The notes under the pieces: generated by a model
Told to the model about the DNA's origin: nothing
The model's input: only the letters and a program-made list of their open reading frames with translations
Databases searched by the model: none
DNA from: Candidatus Hydrogenedentota bacterium
GTDB lineage: Bacteria; Hydrogenedentota; Hydrogenedentia; Hydrogenedentales; SLHB01
Assembly: GCA_029974275.1 (NCBI GenBank)
Contig: JARKSN010000152.1
Coordinates: forward strand, 1 to 25,418
Reading direction: 5' to 3'
DNA: 25,418 bases
Translations under genes and position numbers: made by a program
Shown here: piece by piece, positions 8,855-18,458 of the stretch
How positions within the stretch are numbered: the stretch's first letter is position 1
How the letters are laid out: each line of letters begins with the position of its first letter

Positions 8855-9585
8855 AGCAGTTCGAGGCGGATCTGCATATTCACACGGCATTGTCGCCGTG
8901 TGCGCTCGAAGAGATGACGCCGCGCAGCATTGTCCGGCAGGCGCTCTATGAGCACCTCGATATGATTGCCATCTGCGATCACAACACCGCGGGCAACGCC
9001 GCCGCCGTGAAACAAGCAGCAGGAAACGCTCTCGCAGTCGTCGCGGGCATCGAAATCACGACCGCTGAAGAAGTCCATGCGTTGGGTTTGTTCCCCGACG
9101 CGGAATCGGCCGAATGCGTCGGGGAAATCGTCCGCGCGACGCTGCCCGATCTTTCGCGCAGGGCCAAGAATTTTCCGGAGCAAACCCTCCTGAACGCCGA
9201 AGACGAAGTCGTGGGCGCAGAGACCAAAATGCTGGGGGCGGCGTCTTCCTTGACGTTGAGCGATGCCGTGGCCCTCATCAAAAGGCATGGAGGTCTGGCG
9301 ATCGCCTCGCACGTGGACCGGCCATCTTTTTCGGTGCCGAGTCAACTGGGCCTGTTCCCGGAGGGGGTCGCGTTCGACGCCATAGAGATAAGTCCCATCG
9401 GGCTTGAGGAGAAACGTCACCGCATCTTTGACCGCCTCGGTTTGCCGATGCTTGTCTCCTCCGACAGCCATTTCCTTTCCGATATCGGCTGCGGTCTCAG
9501 CATGCTGCGCATGCGCGAGCCGGTTTTTAGCGAGTTGGCCCTAGCCCTGAGGGGCGTGGGCGGAAGGCGGTGCCGCATTGCATGA
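8851..9585 (+). CDS. PHP-domain phosphoesterase
   Basis: DLHIHTALSPC, ICDHN, GIEITTAEEVH, SHVDR and SSDSH metal-binding motifs. GTG start overlaps the upstream stop. Confidence 0.9.
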   Translation: MKQFEADLHIHTALSPCALEEMTPRSIVRQALYEHLDMIAICDHNTAGNAAAVKQAAGNALAVVAGIEITTAEEVHALGLFPDAESAECVGEIVRATLPDLSRRAKNFPEQTLLNAEDEVVGAETKMLGAASSLTLSDAVALIKRHGGLAIASHVDRPSFSVPSQLGLFPEGVAFDAIEISPIGLEEKRHRIFDRLGLPMLVSSDSHFLSDIGCGLSMLRMREPVFSELALALRGVGGRRCRIA

Positions 9586-10117
9586 ATTGTCGTTGCACAT
9601 ACTCGATCTTGTCGAGAACTCCATTCGGGCGGGTGCGTCGATTATCTGTGTGACGGTCTTCGAGGAACCTGACGCCGACCTTTTGGAGATTTGTATCGAA
9701 GACAATGGTCCTGGGGTAGACGTTGCGCCCGAGCAGGCGATGGATCCGTTCTATACCACCAAGGCAGGCAAGCGCACGGGGCTGGGGTTGAGCATGTTTC
9801 GCGCGGCGGCGGAGCAAGCGGGAGGACGTCTGAAATTGTCGCGTTCGGAATGGGGCGGCGCGGCCGTGCGCGTCACGATGCAACTGGGACACATTGATCG
9901 CGCGCCGCTAGGAGACTTGGCCGGCACGCTTTCGATGTTGGTGTGCGCCAACCCAGGGATCGATTTTTGGTGCCGCATTTTTTCCCAAGGCGCCGATCAG
10001 TGCATACGATCGGGCGTTTTAGAACAGGAAATTTCCCGTAATGGCGGCGATGAATTTGCCGTTGCGAAGCGATATGGCGAGGCCGTTCGCATCGCAACAG
10101 CCTCGCTCAACGCGTAG
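9578..10117 (+). CDS. Stand-alone HATPase_c (histidine-kinase-like ATPase) protein
   Basis: ELSLHILDLVENSIRAGA (N box), EDNGPG, DPFYTTK, TGLGLS, HIDRAPLGDL. No HisKA domain visible. TTG start. Confidence 0.85.
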   Translation: MHELSLHILDLVENSIRAGASIICVTVFEEPDADLLEICIEDNGPGVDVAPEQAMDPFYTTKAGKRTGLGLSMFRAAAEQAGGRLKLSRSEWGGAAVRVTMQLGHIDRAPLGDLAGTLSMLVCANPGIDFWCRIFSQGADQCIRSGVLEQEISRNGGDEFAVAKRYGEAVRIATASLNA

Positions 10118-10318
10118 CGTTTTATTCGCAGCACATTTCCGAAGCCGCTATGTCTACCGCGAAAAACATCACGGTATCCCTTTGGGGGGGGCGGGCGGTC
10201 TCTTCCTTTTTGCGCATAAATCGACGTTTAAGCACGGATCGCCGCGTGTTTTTCTGGAATTTATTGTGACAAATCCCTTGGATAAGACGGTATTATTTAG
10301 AAAAACGCCTTTGAAACT

Positions 10319-10327
10319 TGCTATAAT
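10319..10327 (+). promoter_or_regulatory. Extended -10 promoter element upstream of the hydrogenase operon
   Basis: TGcTATAAT, a perfect TGnTATAAT, in an AT-rich 310-bp intergenic region about 100 nt before ATG 10427. Confidence 0.65.
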
Positions 10328-10426
10328 CCCACCTTCCTTTGACTTGTGGGCCCATAGTCTTGGCTCGCGATTCAAAATCACTGTTGGGCGGTTGGTCGTT
10401 GCAGTTAGGTAGAAAGGGAAAAGTTC

Positions 10427-10984
10427 ATGGCCAAGAAAGAAGTAGCGTGCGCTTGTTCCGAAGAAGCGAGCGAGGAAGAATTGCTGGCTCGCGTCGATGA
10501 CATCATCGCCGAGTACCGCGACAAACCGGGCGCCCTCATTCCGGTGCTCCAAATGACGCAAGCGATATTCGGATACTTGCCGGAATCCGCGCTGAAGCGG
10601 ATCAGCCTCGGTCTTAACAAGTCCTACAGCGAGGTTGCGGGGGTCGTCGGATTCTACTCCTTCTTTTCGACCGTTCCGCGCGGCAAGCATATGATTCGGG
10701 TGTGTCTGGGAACGGCGTGTTACGTGCGCGGAGGCAAGCAAGTCCTGGACGCGCTCAAACAGAAGCTGCAGATCGATGTCGGCGGCACCACGCCCGATCG
10801 CATGTTCTCCCTCGAGGTGGCGCGGTGCTTTGGCGCGTGCGGCCTTGCGCCGGCGATCATGGTGGACGACGACGTGCACCAGCGCGTGAAGCCCACCAAG
10901 GTTCAGAACGTCCTGTCGCAATATATCGAAAGTGAAAAACAAGCCGCGAAGGAAAAGGCCGCAACCGCGCGCAAGGCGCGCTAA
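10427..10984 (+). CDS. hndA: [FeFe]-hydrogenase NuoE-like [2Fe-2S] subunit (HndA/HydC)
   Basis: LIPVLQ..Q..FGYLP, FYSFF, VCLGTACYVRGG, RCFGACGLAP. Confidence 0.9.
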   Translation: MAKKEVACACSEEASEEELLARVDDIIAEYRDKPGALIPVLQMTQAIFGYLPESALKRISLGLNKSYSEVAGVVGFYSFFSTVPRGKHMIRVCLGTACYVRGGKQVLDALKQKLQIDVGGTTPDRMFSLEVARCFGACGLAPAIMVDDDVHQRVKPTKVQNVLSQYIESEKQAAKEKAATARKAR

Positions 10985-11004
10985 CCGTCAGGGGGAAGGG
11001 GCAT

Positions 11005-11382
11005 ATGGCCAACAAGATCAAGAGCCCGCAGGACCTGCTCGCGCTGAAGGAAAAAGCGCAGGCGGAAATCGACGTGCGCGCGGGCGTGAAGGACATACAG
11101 ATTACGGTGCACATGGGCACATGCGGCATAGCCGCGGGCGCTCGTGAAGTTCTTGCCTCTTTGGTAAAGGAACTCGATGCCGGCGCGGTGAAGAACGCGA
11201 CCCTGCGCCAGACGGGGTGCGCGGGCCTGTGCGATCGGGAACCGATGCTCACCTTGACGGACAAGGCCGGGCAGCAGTTCCGCTATGGAAAGCTCGATCC
11301 GAAGAAGGTCCATCGCATCGTGCGGCAGCACGTTGTCGAAGGAACGCCTGTTATCGAATGTCTTATCAGTAACGCCAAATGA
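11005..11382 (+). CDS. hndB: Thioredoxin-like [2Fe-2S] ferredoxin subunit (HndB/HydD)
   Basis: VHMGTCGIAAGAR...QTGCAGLCDREP...H...G..V. Confidence 0.85.
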   Translation: MANKIKSPQDLLALKEKAQAEIDVRAGVKDIQITVHMGTCGIAAGAREVLASLVKELDAGAVKNATLRQTGCAGLCDREPMLTLTDKAGQQFRYGKLDPKKVHRIVRQHVVEGTPVIECLISNAK

Positions 11383-11419
11383 AGCCCTTATTCATCATCA
11401 CGAAGGAGAGGAAATAGGA

Positions 11420-14400
11420 ATGAGTAATGTGAGGTCGCATGTTCTCGTATGTGCGGGGGCGGGATGTGTCGCTTCGGGCGCGCTGGAACTGAGCGCCGCG
11501 ATTCAGGCGGCGCTGCAAAAACACGGCATCGAAGACGAAGTGAACGTCGTTGAAACAGGTTGCCTCGGACCGTGCGCGGCAGGCCCCGTGGCGGTGGTGT
11601 ACCCGGACGGCGTCTTTTATCAAGGGATCACCGCCTCGGACGCCGAGGAAGTCGTCGAGGAGCATTTGCTCAAGGGCCGCATCGTCGAGCGCCTGAATTT
11701 CAAAATCCCCGCAACCGAGCAGATCGTGCCGGCGTTGCAGGAGATCGGATTCTTCAAGCAACAGCAGAAGATCGTGCTGCGCAACTGCGGCGTGATCGAT
11801 CCGACCCGTATCGAAGAATACATCGCGCGTGACGGCTATCAGGCGCTCGCCAAGGCCCTGACCGAGATGTCGCCGGACGACGTGATCGAGATGGTCAAGC
11901 AGTCTGGCCTGCGCGGTCGCGGCGGCGCGGGGTTCCTGACGGGACTCAAGTGGAGCTTCACCCGCAAGGCGCCGGGTGACAAGAAGTACGTGCTGTGCAA
12001 CGCCGACGAAGGCGATCCCGGCGCCTTCATGGACCGCAGCGTTCTCGAAGGCGATCCGCACAGCGTGATCGAGGCGATGGCCATCGCGGCGTACGCCGTG
12101 GGTTCCGACCAAGGTTACGTCTACGTCCGCGCGGAATATCCCCTGGCCGTCGAGCGCCTCAACAAGGCGCTCGATCAGGCTCGCGAACTGGGCCTGCTGG
12201 GCGAGAACATCATGGGGTCGGGCTTCAACTTCGACCTCGAAATCCGTATGGGTTCCGGCGCGTTCGTATGCGGCGAAGAAACCGCACTAATGCGTTCGAT
12301 CGAAGGCAAGCGCGGCGAGCCGCGTCCGCGTCCGCCGTTCCCCGCCATCAAAGGCCTGTGGGACAAGCCCAGCCTGCTGAACAATGTTGAAACCTACGCG
12401 AACATCCCGGTCATTCTGTTGAAGGGCGCGGAGTGGTTCGCTTCGATTGGCACCGAGAAGAGCAAAGGCACGAAGGTGTTTGCACTCGCGGGCGCGGTGA
12501 ACAACACGGGCCTCGTCGAAATCCCCGTCGGCACGCCGTTGGGCGAGATCATCTACGATATCGGCGGCGGCATCCCGAACGGCAAAAAGTTCAAGGCCGC
12601 GCAGATGGGCGGTCCGTCGGGCGGATGCATCCCGAAGCAGCATCTGAATGTCCCGGTCGATTACGAGTCCTTGCAGGAACTCGGCGCAATCATGGGGTCC
12701 GGCGGGCTCATCGTCATGGACGAAGACACCTGCATGGTGGACATGGCCCGCTTCTTCCTCGATTTCGTGCAGGATGAATCGTGCGGCAAGTGCGTCCCGT
12801 GCCGCGTAGGCACCAAGCGCATGCTCGAGATCGTCACGCGCATTTGCGAGGGCAACGGCGAGGACGGCGACATCGAGAAGCTCATCGAACTCGGCGAGCA
12901 GATCAAGGAGACCTCGTTGTGCGGGCTTGGCCAGACTGCGCCGAACCCTGTGCTCAGCACGATTCGCCATTTTCGCGACGAGTACGAGGCCCATATTCGC
13001 GACAAGCATTGCGTTGCGGGCGTTTGCCCGGGCCTGGTGCGCGCCCCGTGCATGAGTGCGTGCCCGGCGGGCGTGTACGTGCCGGGATTCGTGTCGCTCG
13101 TTGGCGAGAAGCGCTATGCAGAGGCGTTGAAGGTGCATCGCGAACGCAATCCCTTCGTGTCGGTCTGCGCGCGCGTATGCTTCCACACCTGCGAAGACAA
13201 ATGCCGTCGCAGCAACCTGGACGATTCCTTGTCGATTCGCGGCCTCAAGCGTTTCATGGTTGACCAGGAAGTCACGGTGCAATTGCCCGAGATTCAGGAC
13301 AACGAGGAAAACGCCAAACGCAAGATTGCCGTGATTGGCGCGGGGCCGGCGGGCCTGTCGTGCGCCTACTTCCTCGCGCGGCTGGGCTATCGCCCGCGCG
13401 TGCTCGAAGCGGAGCCGCGGCCCGGCGGCATGCTCGTGCAGACCATCCCCGCGTACCGCCTTCCGCGTGAAGAGCTGGCCCGCGAGGTCCGCATGATCGA
13501 GCGCATGGGCGTGGATATCGAAACCAACATGCGACTCGGTCGCGACTTTACGCTCGACAGCCTGCGCAAGGAAGGCTACGAGGCCGTCTTCGTGGGCGTT
13601 GGCGCGCCGGACGGCACGCGCATGCGCATCCCCGGCGAAGAGGCCGACGGCGTGACGGAAGCCATTCGCTTCCTGCGTGAATACAACCTGCGCGGGTCTG
13701 TACCGGTGGGCAAGAACGTGGTGGTCATCGGCGGCGGCAACGCGGCGGTCGATGCCGCCCGCACCGCAGTGCGCCTGGGCGCGGAGACGGTCACGATTCT
13801 CTACCGTCGCACCCGAGACGAGATGCCTGCGTATCAGGAAGAAGTGGAAGAGGCCGAGCACGAAGGCGTCCACCTGCAAACCCTTGTGGCTCCGGCGGAA
13901 ATCGTGGTCGAGAACGGCTGCGTGGCGGGCGTGAAGTGTCATCACATGTGGTTGGGCGAGTTCGACCGCAGCGGTCGTCGCCGTCCCGAGGCGGCCAAGG
14001 ATGACCAAGCCTTCATCGTCAAGGCCGATCAGGTCATCGCGGCGATTGGGCAGAGCTTGGACGTAGAAAGACTGCTCGATGGCGCGACCCCGAAATTGAA
14101 CGCGTGGAAATTCCTTGCAGTGAATCCGTTGACGGGGCAGACGTCGATAGAATGGCTTTTCTCGGGAGGCGATTCGGCCAGCGGCCCGTCGTCGGTGGCC
14201 GAGGCCGTGGGCGCTGGCGAACGCGCGGCGATAGGCATCGACAAGTACCTGACCGGCAAGGAGCATGCATTCTGGCGGACGTGGTGCGAGGTGGATACGT
14301 CATTTGATCCGGACGCAGACATCCCCGATTACCCGCGCGCGAAAATGAAGTTGTTGCCAATCGGAAAACGCCGTCACAATTTCAATGAAGTGGAATTGCC

Positions 14401-14470
14401 CTTTACCGAAAATGTGGCCGTGCGCGAGGCAAAACGTTGCCTGCGTTGCGATTACCGTGGAAACCAATAG
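11420..14470 (+). CDS. NuoF-like FMN/NAD subunit (HndC/HydB) fused to a GltD/NfnB-like FAD/NADPH oxidoreductase module
   Basis: ATG 11420 after GGAGAGG. N-terminal 2Fe-2S (CAGAGC, GCLGPC). NuoF motifs GLRGRGGAGF, NADEGDPGAFMDR, GAFVCGEETAL, GGPSGG, SCGKCVPCRVG, SLCGLG. Then PCMSACPAG, CARVCFHTCEDKC, GAGPAG, GGGNAAVD, YRR and EAKRCLRC. Confidence 0.92.
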   Translation: MSNVRSHVLVCAGAGCVASGALELSAAIQAALQKHGIEDEVNVVETGCLGPCAAGPVAVVYPDGVFYQGITASDAEEVVEEHLLKGRIVERLNFKIPATEQIVPALQEIGFFKQQQKIVLRNCGVIDPTRIEEYIARDGYQALAKALTEMSPDDVIEMVKQSGLRGRGGAGFLTGLKWSFTRKAPGDKKYVLCNADEGDPGAFMDRSVLEGDPHSVIEAMAIAAYAVGSDQGYVYVRAEYPLAVERLNKALDQARELGLLGENIMGSGFNFDLEIRMGSGAFVCGEETALMRSIEGKRGEPRPRPPFPAIKGLWDKPSLLNNVETYANIPVILLKGAEWFASIGTEKSKGTKVFALAGAVNNTGLVEIPVGTPLGEIIYDIGGGIPNGKKFKAAQMGGPSGGCIPKQHLNVPVDYESLQELGAIMGSGGLIVMDEDTCMVDMARFFLDFVQDESCGKCVPCRVGTKRMLEIVTRICEGNGEDGDIEKLIELGEQIKETSLCGLGQTAPNPVLSTIRHFRDEYEAHIRDKHCVAGVCPGLVRAPCMSACPAGVYVPGFVSLVGEKRYAEALKVHRERNPFVSVCARVCFHTCEDKCRRSNLDDSLSIRGLKRFMVDQEVTVQLPEIQDNEENAKRKIAVIGAGPAGLSCAYFLARLGYRPRVLEAEPRPGGMLVQTIPAYRLPREELAREVRMIERMGVDIETNMRLGRDFTLDSLRKEGYEAVFVGVGAPDGTRMRIPGEEADGVTEAIRFLREYNLRGSVPVGKNVVVIGGGNAAVDAARTAVRLGAETVTILYRRTRDEMPAYQEEVEEAEHEGVHLQTLVAPAEIVVENGCVAGVKCHHMWLGEFDRSGRRRPEAAKDDQAFIVKADQVIAAIGQSLDVERLLDGATPKLNAWKFLAVNPLTGQTSIEWLFSGGDSASGPSSVAEAVGAGERAAIGIDKYLTGKEHAFWRTWCEVDTSFDPDADIPDYPRAKMKLLPIGKRRHNFNEVELPFTENVAVREAKRCLRCDYRGNQ

Positions 14471-14503
14471 CCGGCCTCGGCTTGAGATAGGAGATGCGCG
14501 ACG

Positions 14504-16276
14504 ATGCCAACCCTGACCGTTGACAACGTATCGGTGGAAGTGCCGGACGGCACAACCATCTTCGAGGCCGCCCGCAAGGCCGGCGCGAAGATCCCCAACC
14601 TTTGCTACATGAAAGACCTGCAAGCGATCGGCGCGTGCCGCGTGTGCATGGTGGAAGTCGAGGGCGCGCGCAGCCTTGTCGCGTCATGCGTGGCGCCCGT
14701 TGCCGAAGGCATGAAGGTCAAAACCAACACCCGCAAAGCGCGCGAGGCCCGCAAGACCGTCGTCGAGCTGCTGCTGTCCGACCACGAAGGCGATTGCCAG
14801 ACCTGCGATCGCAACGAGGACTGCGAACTGCAAGCCCTCGCGCGCGACATGGGCATTCGCGATATCCGCTACCCCGGCGAGAAAAGCAAGCGCATTCTCG
14901 ATTCGAGCACCCCCGCCCTGATGCGCGACACGTCGAAGTGCGTGTTGTGTCGCCGCTGCGTGACGGTGTGCAGCGAAGTCCAGGGCGTGGGCGGCATTTT
15001 CCCGCAGAGCCGCGGTTTTGAAACCGTGGTCGGCCCTGCCTTCGATAGCACGCTCGACGACATCGTCTGTGTGCAGTGCGGCCAGTGCGCGGCGGTGTGC
15101 CCGGTGGGCGCGATCGTCGAACGCGATCAGACGGCGGACGTATGGGCGGCGCTCGACGACCCGAACAAGACGGTTGTGGTGCAGACAGCCCCTGCCATTC
15201 GCGCGGCGCTCGGCGAGTGCTTCGACTACGAACCCGGCACGCTCGTGACGGGAAAAATGACGGCGGCGTTGCGTCGTCTTGGCTTCGATGCGATATTCGA
15301 CACGAACTTCACAGCCGACTTGACGATCCTCGAAGAAGGCACGGAACTGCTGACGCGACTGAAGATGGCGCTTGTCGACAAGGAGCCGGTCGCGTTGCCG
15401 ATGTTCACGAGTTGCTCGCCGGGATGGATCAAGTACATCGAGTACTTCTACCCCGACATGTTGCCAAACGTGTCGACGTGCAAGTCGCCGCAGCAGATGT
15501 TCGGCGCGCTTGCGAAGACGTATTACGCGGAAAAGATCGGCAAGAAGCCGGAGGACATGTTCGTCGTATCGGTGATGCCATGCACCGCGAAAAAATACGA
15601 ATGCCAACGTCCCGAGATGAACGCCAGCGGTGTGCAGGATGTCGACGTCGTGCTGACGACGCGCGAATTGGGCCGCATGATCAAGCAGGCGGGCATCGAC
15701 TTCGACAGCCTGGCCGATGAGGAGATGGACGCGCCGATGGGATTGTCTTCGGGCGCGGCGGACATTTTCGCGAACACGGGCGGCGTGATGGAAGCCGCGT
15801 TGCGCACGGTATGGGAAGTCGTGACGGGCAAGGAACTTCCCTTCGCGAACCTGCACGTGGCGCCGGTGGCGGGACTCGAAGGGATCAAGGAAGCGAGCGC
15901 GACGATCGAAGGGGCCCTGCCGGAATGGTCGTTCCTGAACGGCGTGACGGTGAAGGTGGCCGTGGCGCATACATTGGGCAACGCGCGCGAACTCATCGAA
16001 CGCATTCGCGCGGGCGAAGCGAGCTACCACTTTATCGAAATCATGACCTGCCCCGGCGGCTGCATCGGAGGCGGCGGACAGCCGCGCGTCACGACGAATG
16101 ACGTGCGCAACGCGCGCATCCAGGCTATTTACAAGGAAGACGAAGGAAAACAGCTCCGCAAGTCGCACGACAACCCGGCAATCAAACAGATCTACGCCGA
16201 GTTCCTTGGGCATCCGCTGAGCGAAAAATCGCATCACCTGCTGCATACGCACTACCACGAGCGTTCGCGGGTATAA
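14504..16276 (+). CDS. hndD: Group A [FeFe]-hydrogenase catalytic subunit (HndD/HydA)
   Basis: N-terminal 2Fe-2S, His-ligated cluster (H..DCQTC.....C), 2x[4Fe-4S]. H-cluster motifs FTSCSPGW, MPCTAKKYE, EIMTCPGGCIGGGGQP. C-terminal HHLLHTHY. Confidence 0.96.
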   Translation: MPTLTVDNVSVEVPDGTTIFEAARKAGAKIPNLCYMKDLQAIGACRVCMVEVEGARSLVASCVAPVAEGMKVKTNTRKAREARKTVVELLLSDHEGDCQTCDRNEDCELQALARDMGIRDIRYPGEKSKRILDSSTPALMRDTSKCVLCRRCVTVCSEVQGVGGIFPQSRGFETVVGPAFDSTLDDIVCVQCGQCAAVCPVGAIVERDQTADVWAALDDPNKTVVVQTAPAIRAALGECFDYEPGTLVTGKMTAALRRLGFDAIFDTNFTADLTILEEGTELLTRLKMALVDKEPVALPMFTSCSPGWIKYIEYFYPDMLPNVSTCKSPQQMFGALAKTYYAEKIGKKPEDMFVVSVMPCTAKKYECQRPEMNASGVQDVDVVLTTRELGRMIKQAGIDFDSLADEEMDAPMGLSSGAADIFANTGGVMEAALRTVWEVVTGKELPFANLHVAPVAGLEGIKEASATIEGALPEWSFLNGVTVKVAVAHTLGNARELIERIRAGEASYHFIEIMTCPGGCIGGGGQPRVTTNDVRNARIQAIYKEDEGKQLRKSHDNPAIKQIYAEFLGHPLSEKSHHLLHTHYHERSRV

Positions 16277-16290
16277 TAGGAGTGAAGGGC

Positions 16291-16318
16291 GGCGCGTCGG
16301 CTGGGCGGCCGACGCGCC
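16291..16318 (+). other. GC-rich stem-loop between hydA and the sensory hydrogenase gene
   Basis: GGCGCGTCGGC-tgggcg-GCCGACGCGCC, a perfect 11-bp stem with no U-tract. Confidence 0.7.
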
Positions 16319-16373
16319 ATCCCCAAGAAGCTGTTCTTCAATGGCACTGTCCAACCGCCGCCGAGGATTCGGC

Positions 16374-18371
16374 ATGGGCATCGTCTCGGCCATACCCGAG
16401 AAGTGCAAGCGCTGTTATGCATGCGTGCGCGAATGCCCTGCCCGCGCCATCAAGGTCGAACAGGGACAAGCCCTTGTCCTTGAAGAGCGCTGCATCGCCT
16501 GCGGCAACTGCGTCAAAGTTTGCACCCAGAACGCCAAGCGCATCCTCGACAATACCCAGGAAGTATGGCAACTTCTTGCGGACGGAAACCCTGTTTTTGC
16601 GTGCTTGGCGCCTTCCTTTCCCGCCGCGTTCCACGAAGACGCCCCAGGATCGGTGATTGCCGCCGTGCGCCGTTTGGGCTTTGCGGAGGTTTGGAACGTA
16701 GGCTTCGGCGCCGAACTCGTCGCTCGTGAATACACGCGTCTGTATGGCGACGTCAAGCACGCCGCAGGAAGAGTTATCGCCACGCCATGTCCGGCGCTTG
16801 TCGCGTATGTAGAAAAATACCTGCCTTCGCTGCGCGCATCGCTCGCCCCGATCGTCTCGCCGATGATTGCGGCGGCTCGTGCGATCCGCCATCGTCACGG
16901 ACCTGACGTCCGCGTTGTGTTCATCGGGCCGTGCATCGCCAAGAAAAACGAAATTCGCGATCCTTTCGTCGCCAACGCTGTCGACAGCGTCTTGACCTTT
17001 AAGGAGCTGTCGATGATGTTCGATGCGAAATCGATAGACCCCGGCGCGCTTGCTCCCGAAGAGTTCGACAGTCCCCCGTGCCTCGTCGGCGGCGCATTTC
17101 CTATTTCGGGCGGCCTGCTCCGGACGGCGGAAGTCACGCCCGACATCCTCGATAACGACATCGTCGTGGCCGAAGGCAAGGATCGCGCGCTCGTCGCCTT
17201 GACGGACGCCGCGGAAGGATCCAGTCAAGCCCGCTTTCTGGATTTGCTGTTTTGCGAGGGGTGCATCAGCGGTCCGAAAATGCTGAACGAACTTGGCCTC
17301 TATGCGCGCAAGGAGCTTCTGGCTCGCTATGTGAACGAACAGCGGCAACGCGTGCAGCGCGAGGACTATCTGCGCGGCATGGAGGAGTTTCGGGCCCTCG
17401 AACTGGGACGATCGTTCACCGCGCAAGACCTGGAACTCCCGCAGCCCACCGAAGAGGAGATCATGGTCGCGTTGCTCGACATGCACAAATTCGAGCAAGA
17501 AGACCACCTGGACTGTGGCGCGTGCGGTTATCCGACATGCCGCGCAAAGGCGATCGCCGTGTGCCAAGGCCTTGCCGAGCCGAGCATGTGTTTGCCGTAT
17601 ATGATTGACGAGTTGGAAGACGCCTGCGAACAGTTGCAGGCCTACCATCGCGACCTGGAGGCCGCGCAGCAACGCCTCGTGCAATCCGAGCGCCTCGCCT
17701 CGATGGGGCAGCTCAGTGCGGGCGTCGCGCATGAACTCAACAACCCGTTGGGCACCGTGCTTATCTACTCGCACATGCTGCTGCGTCACATGAAGGAAGG
17801 CGACGCGAGCCGCGCCGATATCGAGATGATCGTTGGCGAGGCGACCCGCTGCAAAAACATCGTGCGCGGCCTGCTCGATTTTGCGCGCCAGTCTCGCGTC
17901 ACGAAATCGGAGGCGGACCTCGCGCAAATTATCCGCGAAGTCGCGGCGATCATGGCCAAGCGCGCCGAGGATAACAATGTCCGACTCGCGATGGATATCG
18001 AGCCGTTGCCGCGCATGATGATCGATGGGAATCAGATCAAGCAGATGCTGATCAACCTTGTCGGAAACGCTGTCGATGCCATTCATCGCGAGGATGGCCA
18101 GGTCACGCTCCGCGCACGTCGGCCTGCGGACAACGGCCGCGTCATCATCGAAGTCAGCGACAACGGGAAGGGAATTCCGCAGGAAAATCTTTCAAAACTG
18201 TTCACGCCGTTCTTCACAACCAAGGAATTGGGCAAGGGAACGGGGCTGGGGCTGGCGATTTGTTACGGCATCGTCAAGATGCACTCTGGCGACATCACCG
18301 TCCAAAGCGAAGAAGGCGTCGGCACGACCTTCACCGTGTCGCTGCCTGCCGGCGATGTCGGCCAAGCGTAA
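16374..18371 (+). CDS. Sensory group C [FeFe]-hydrogenase (HydS-like) fused to histidine kinase
   Basis: ATG 16374 after GAGGA. 2x[4Fe-4S] ([23 protein letters not shown]). Motifs [27 protein letters not shown]. FeS domain [10 protein letters not shown]...MCLPY. His[11 protein letters not shown]. HATPase DNGKG, PFFTTK, GTGLGL. Confidence 0.9.
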   Translation: MGIVSAIPEKCKRCYACVRECPARAIKVEQGQALVLEERCIACGNCVKVCTQNAKRILDNTQEVWQLLADGNPVFACLAPSFPAAFHEDAPGSVIAAVRRLGFAEVWNVGFGAELVAREYTRLYGDVKHAAGRVIATPCPALVAYVEKYLPSLRASLAPIVSPMIAAARAIRHRHGPDVRVVFIGPCIAKKNEIRDPFVANAVDSVLTFKELSMMFDAKSIDPGALAPEEFDSPPCLVGGAFPISGGLLRTAEVTPDILDNDIVVAEGKDRALVALTDAAEGSSQARFLDLLFCEGCISGPKMLNELGLYARKELLARYVNEQRQRVQREDYLRGMEEFRALELGRSFTAQDLELPQPTEEEIMVALLDMHKFEQEDHLDCGACGYPTCRAKAIAVCQGLAEPSMCLPYMIDELEDACEQLQAYHRDLEAAQQRLVQSERLASMGQLSAGVAHELNNPLGTVLIYSHMLLRHMKEGDASRADIEMIVGEATRCKNIVRGLLDFARQSRVTKSEADLAQIIREVAAIMAKRAEDNNVRLAMDIEPLPRMMIDGNQIKQMLINLVGNAVDAIHREDGQVTLRARRPADNGRVIIEVSDNGKGIPQENLSKLFTPFFTTKELGKGTGLGLAICYGIVKMHSGDITVQSEEGVGTTFTVSLPAGDVGQA

Positions 18372-18458
18372 TAGGACGACTTAGGGTGGCCCGTTTGTGG
18401 CGAGACATCTTCGAGCGCAGAGGCGGCTGTACACAGCGAATGCAGGGGGAGCGAAGCA

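Noticed and set aside
10264..10281. Possible Rex operator (TTGTGAC...) upstream of the hydrogenase
   Set aside because: Only one half-site resembles TTGTGAA-N4-TTCACAA, and the other half does not match. The short TTGTGACAA palindrome alone is insufficient.
12287..18086. Long antisense ORFs (659, 574 and 582 aa) opposite the hydrogenase genes
   Set aside because: These are shadow frames expected from high-GC codon bias. They have no recognisable motifs and fully overlap well-supported genes.
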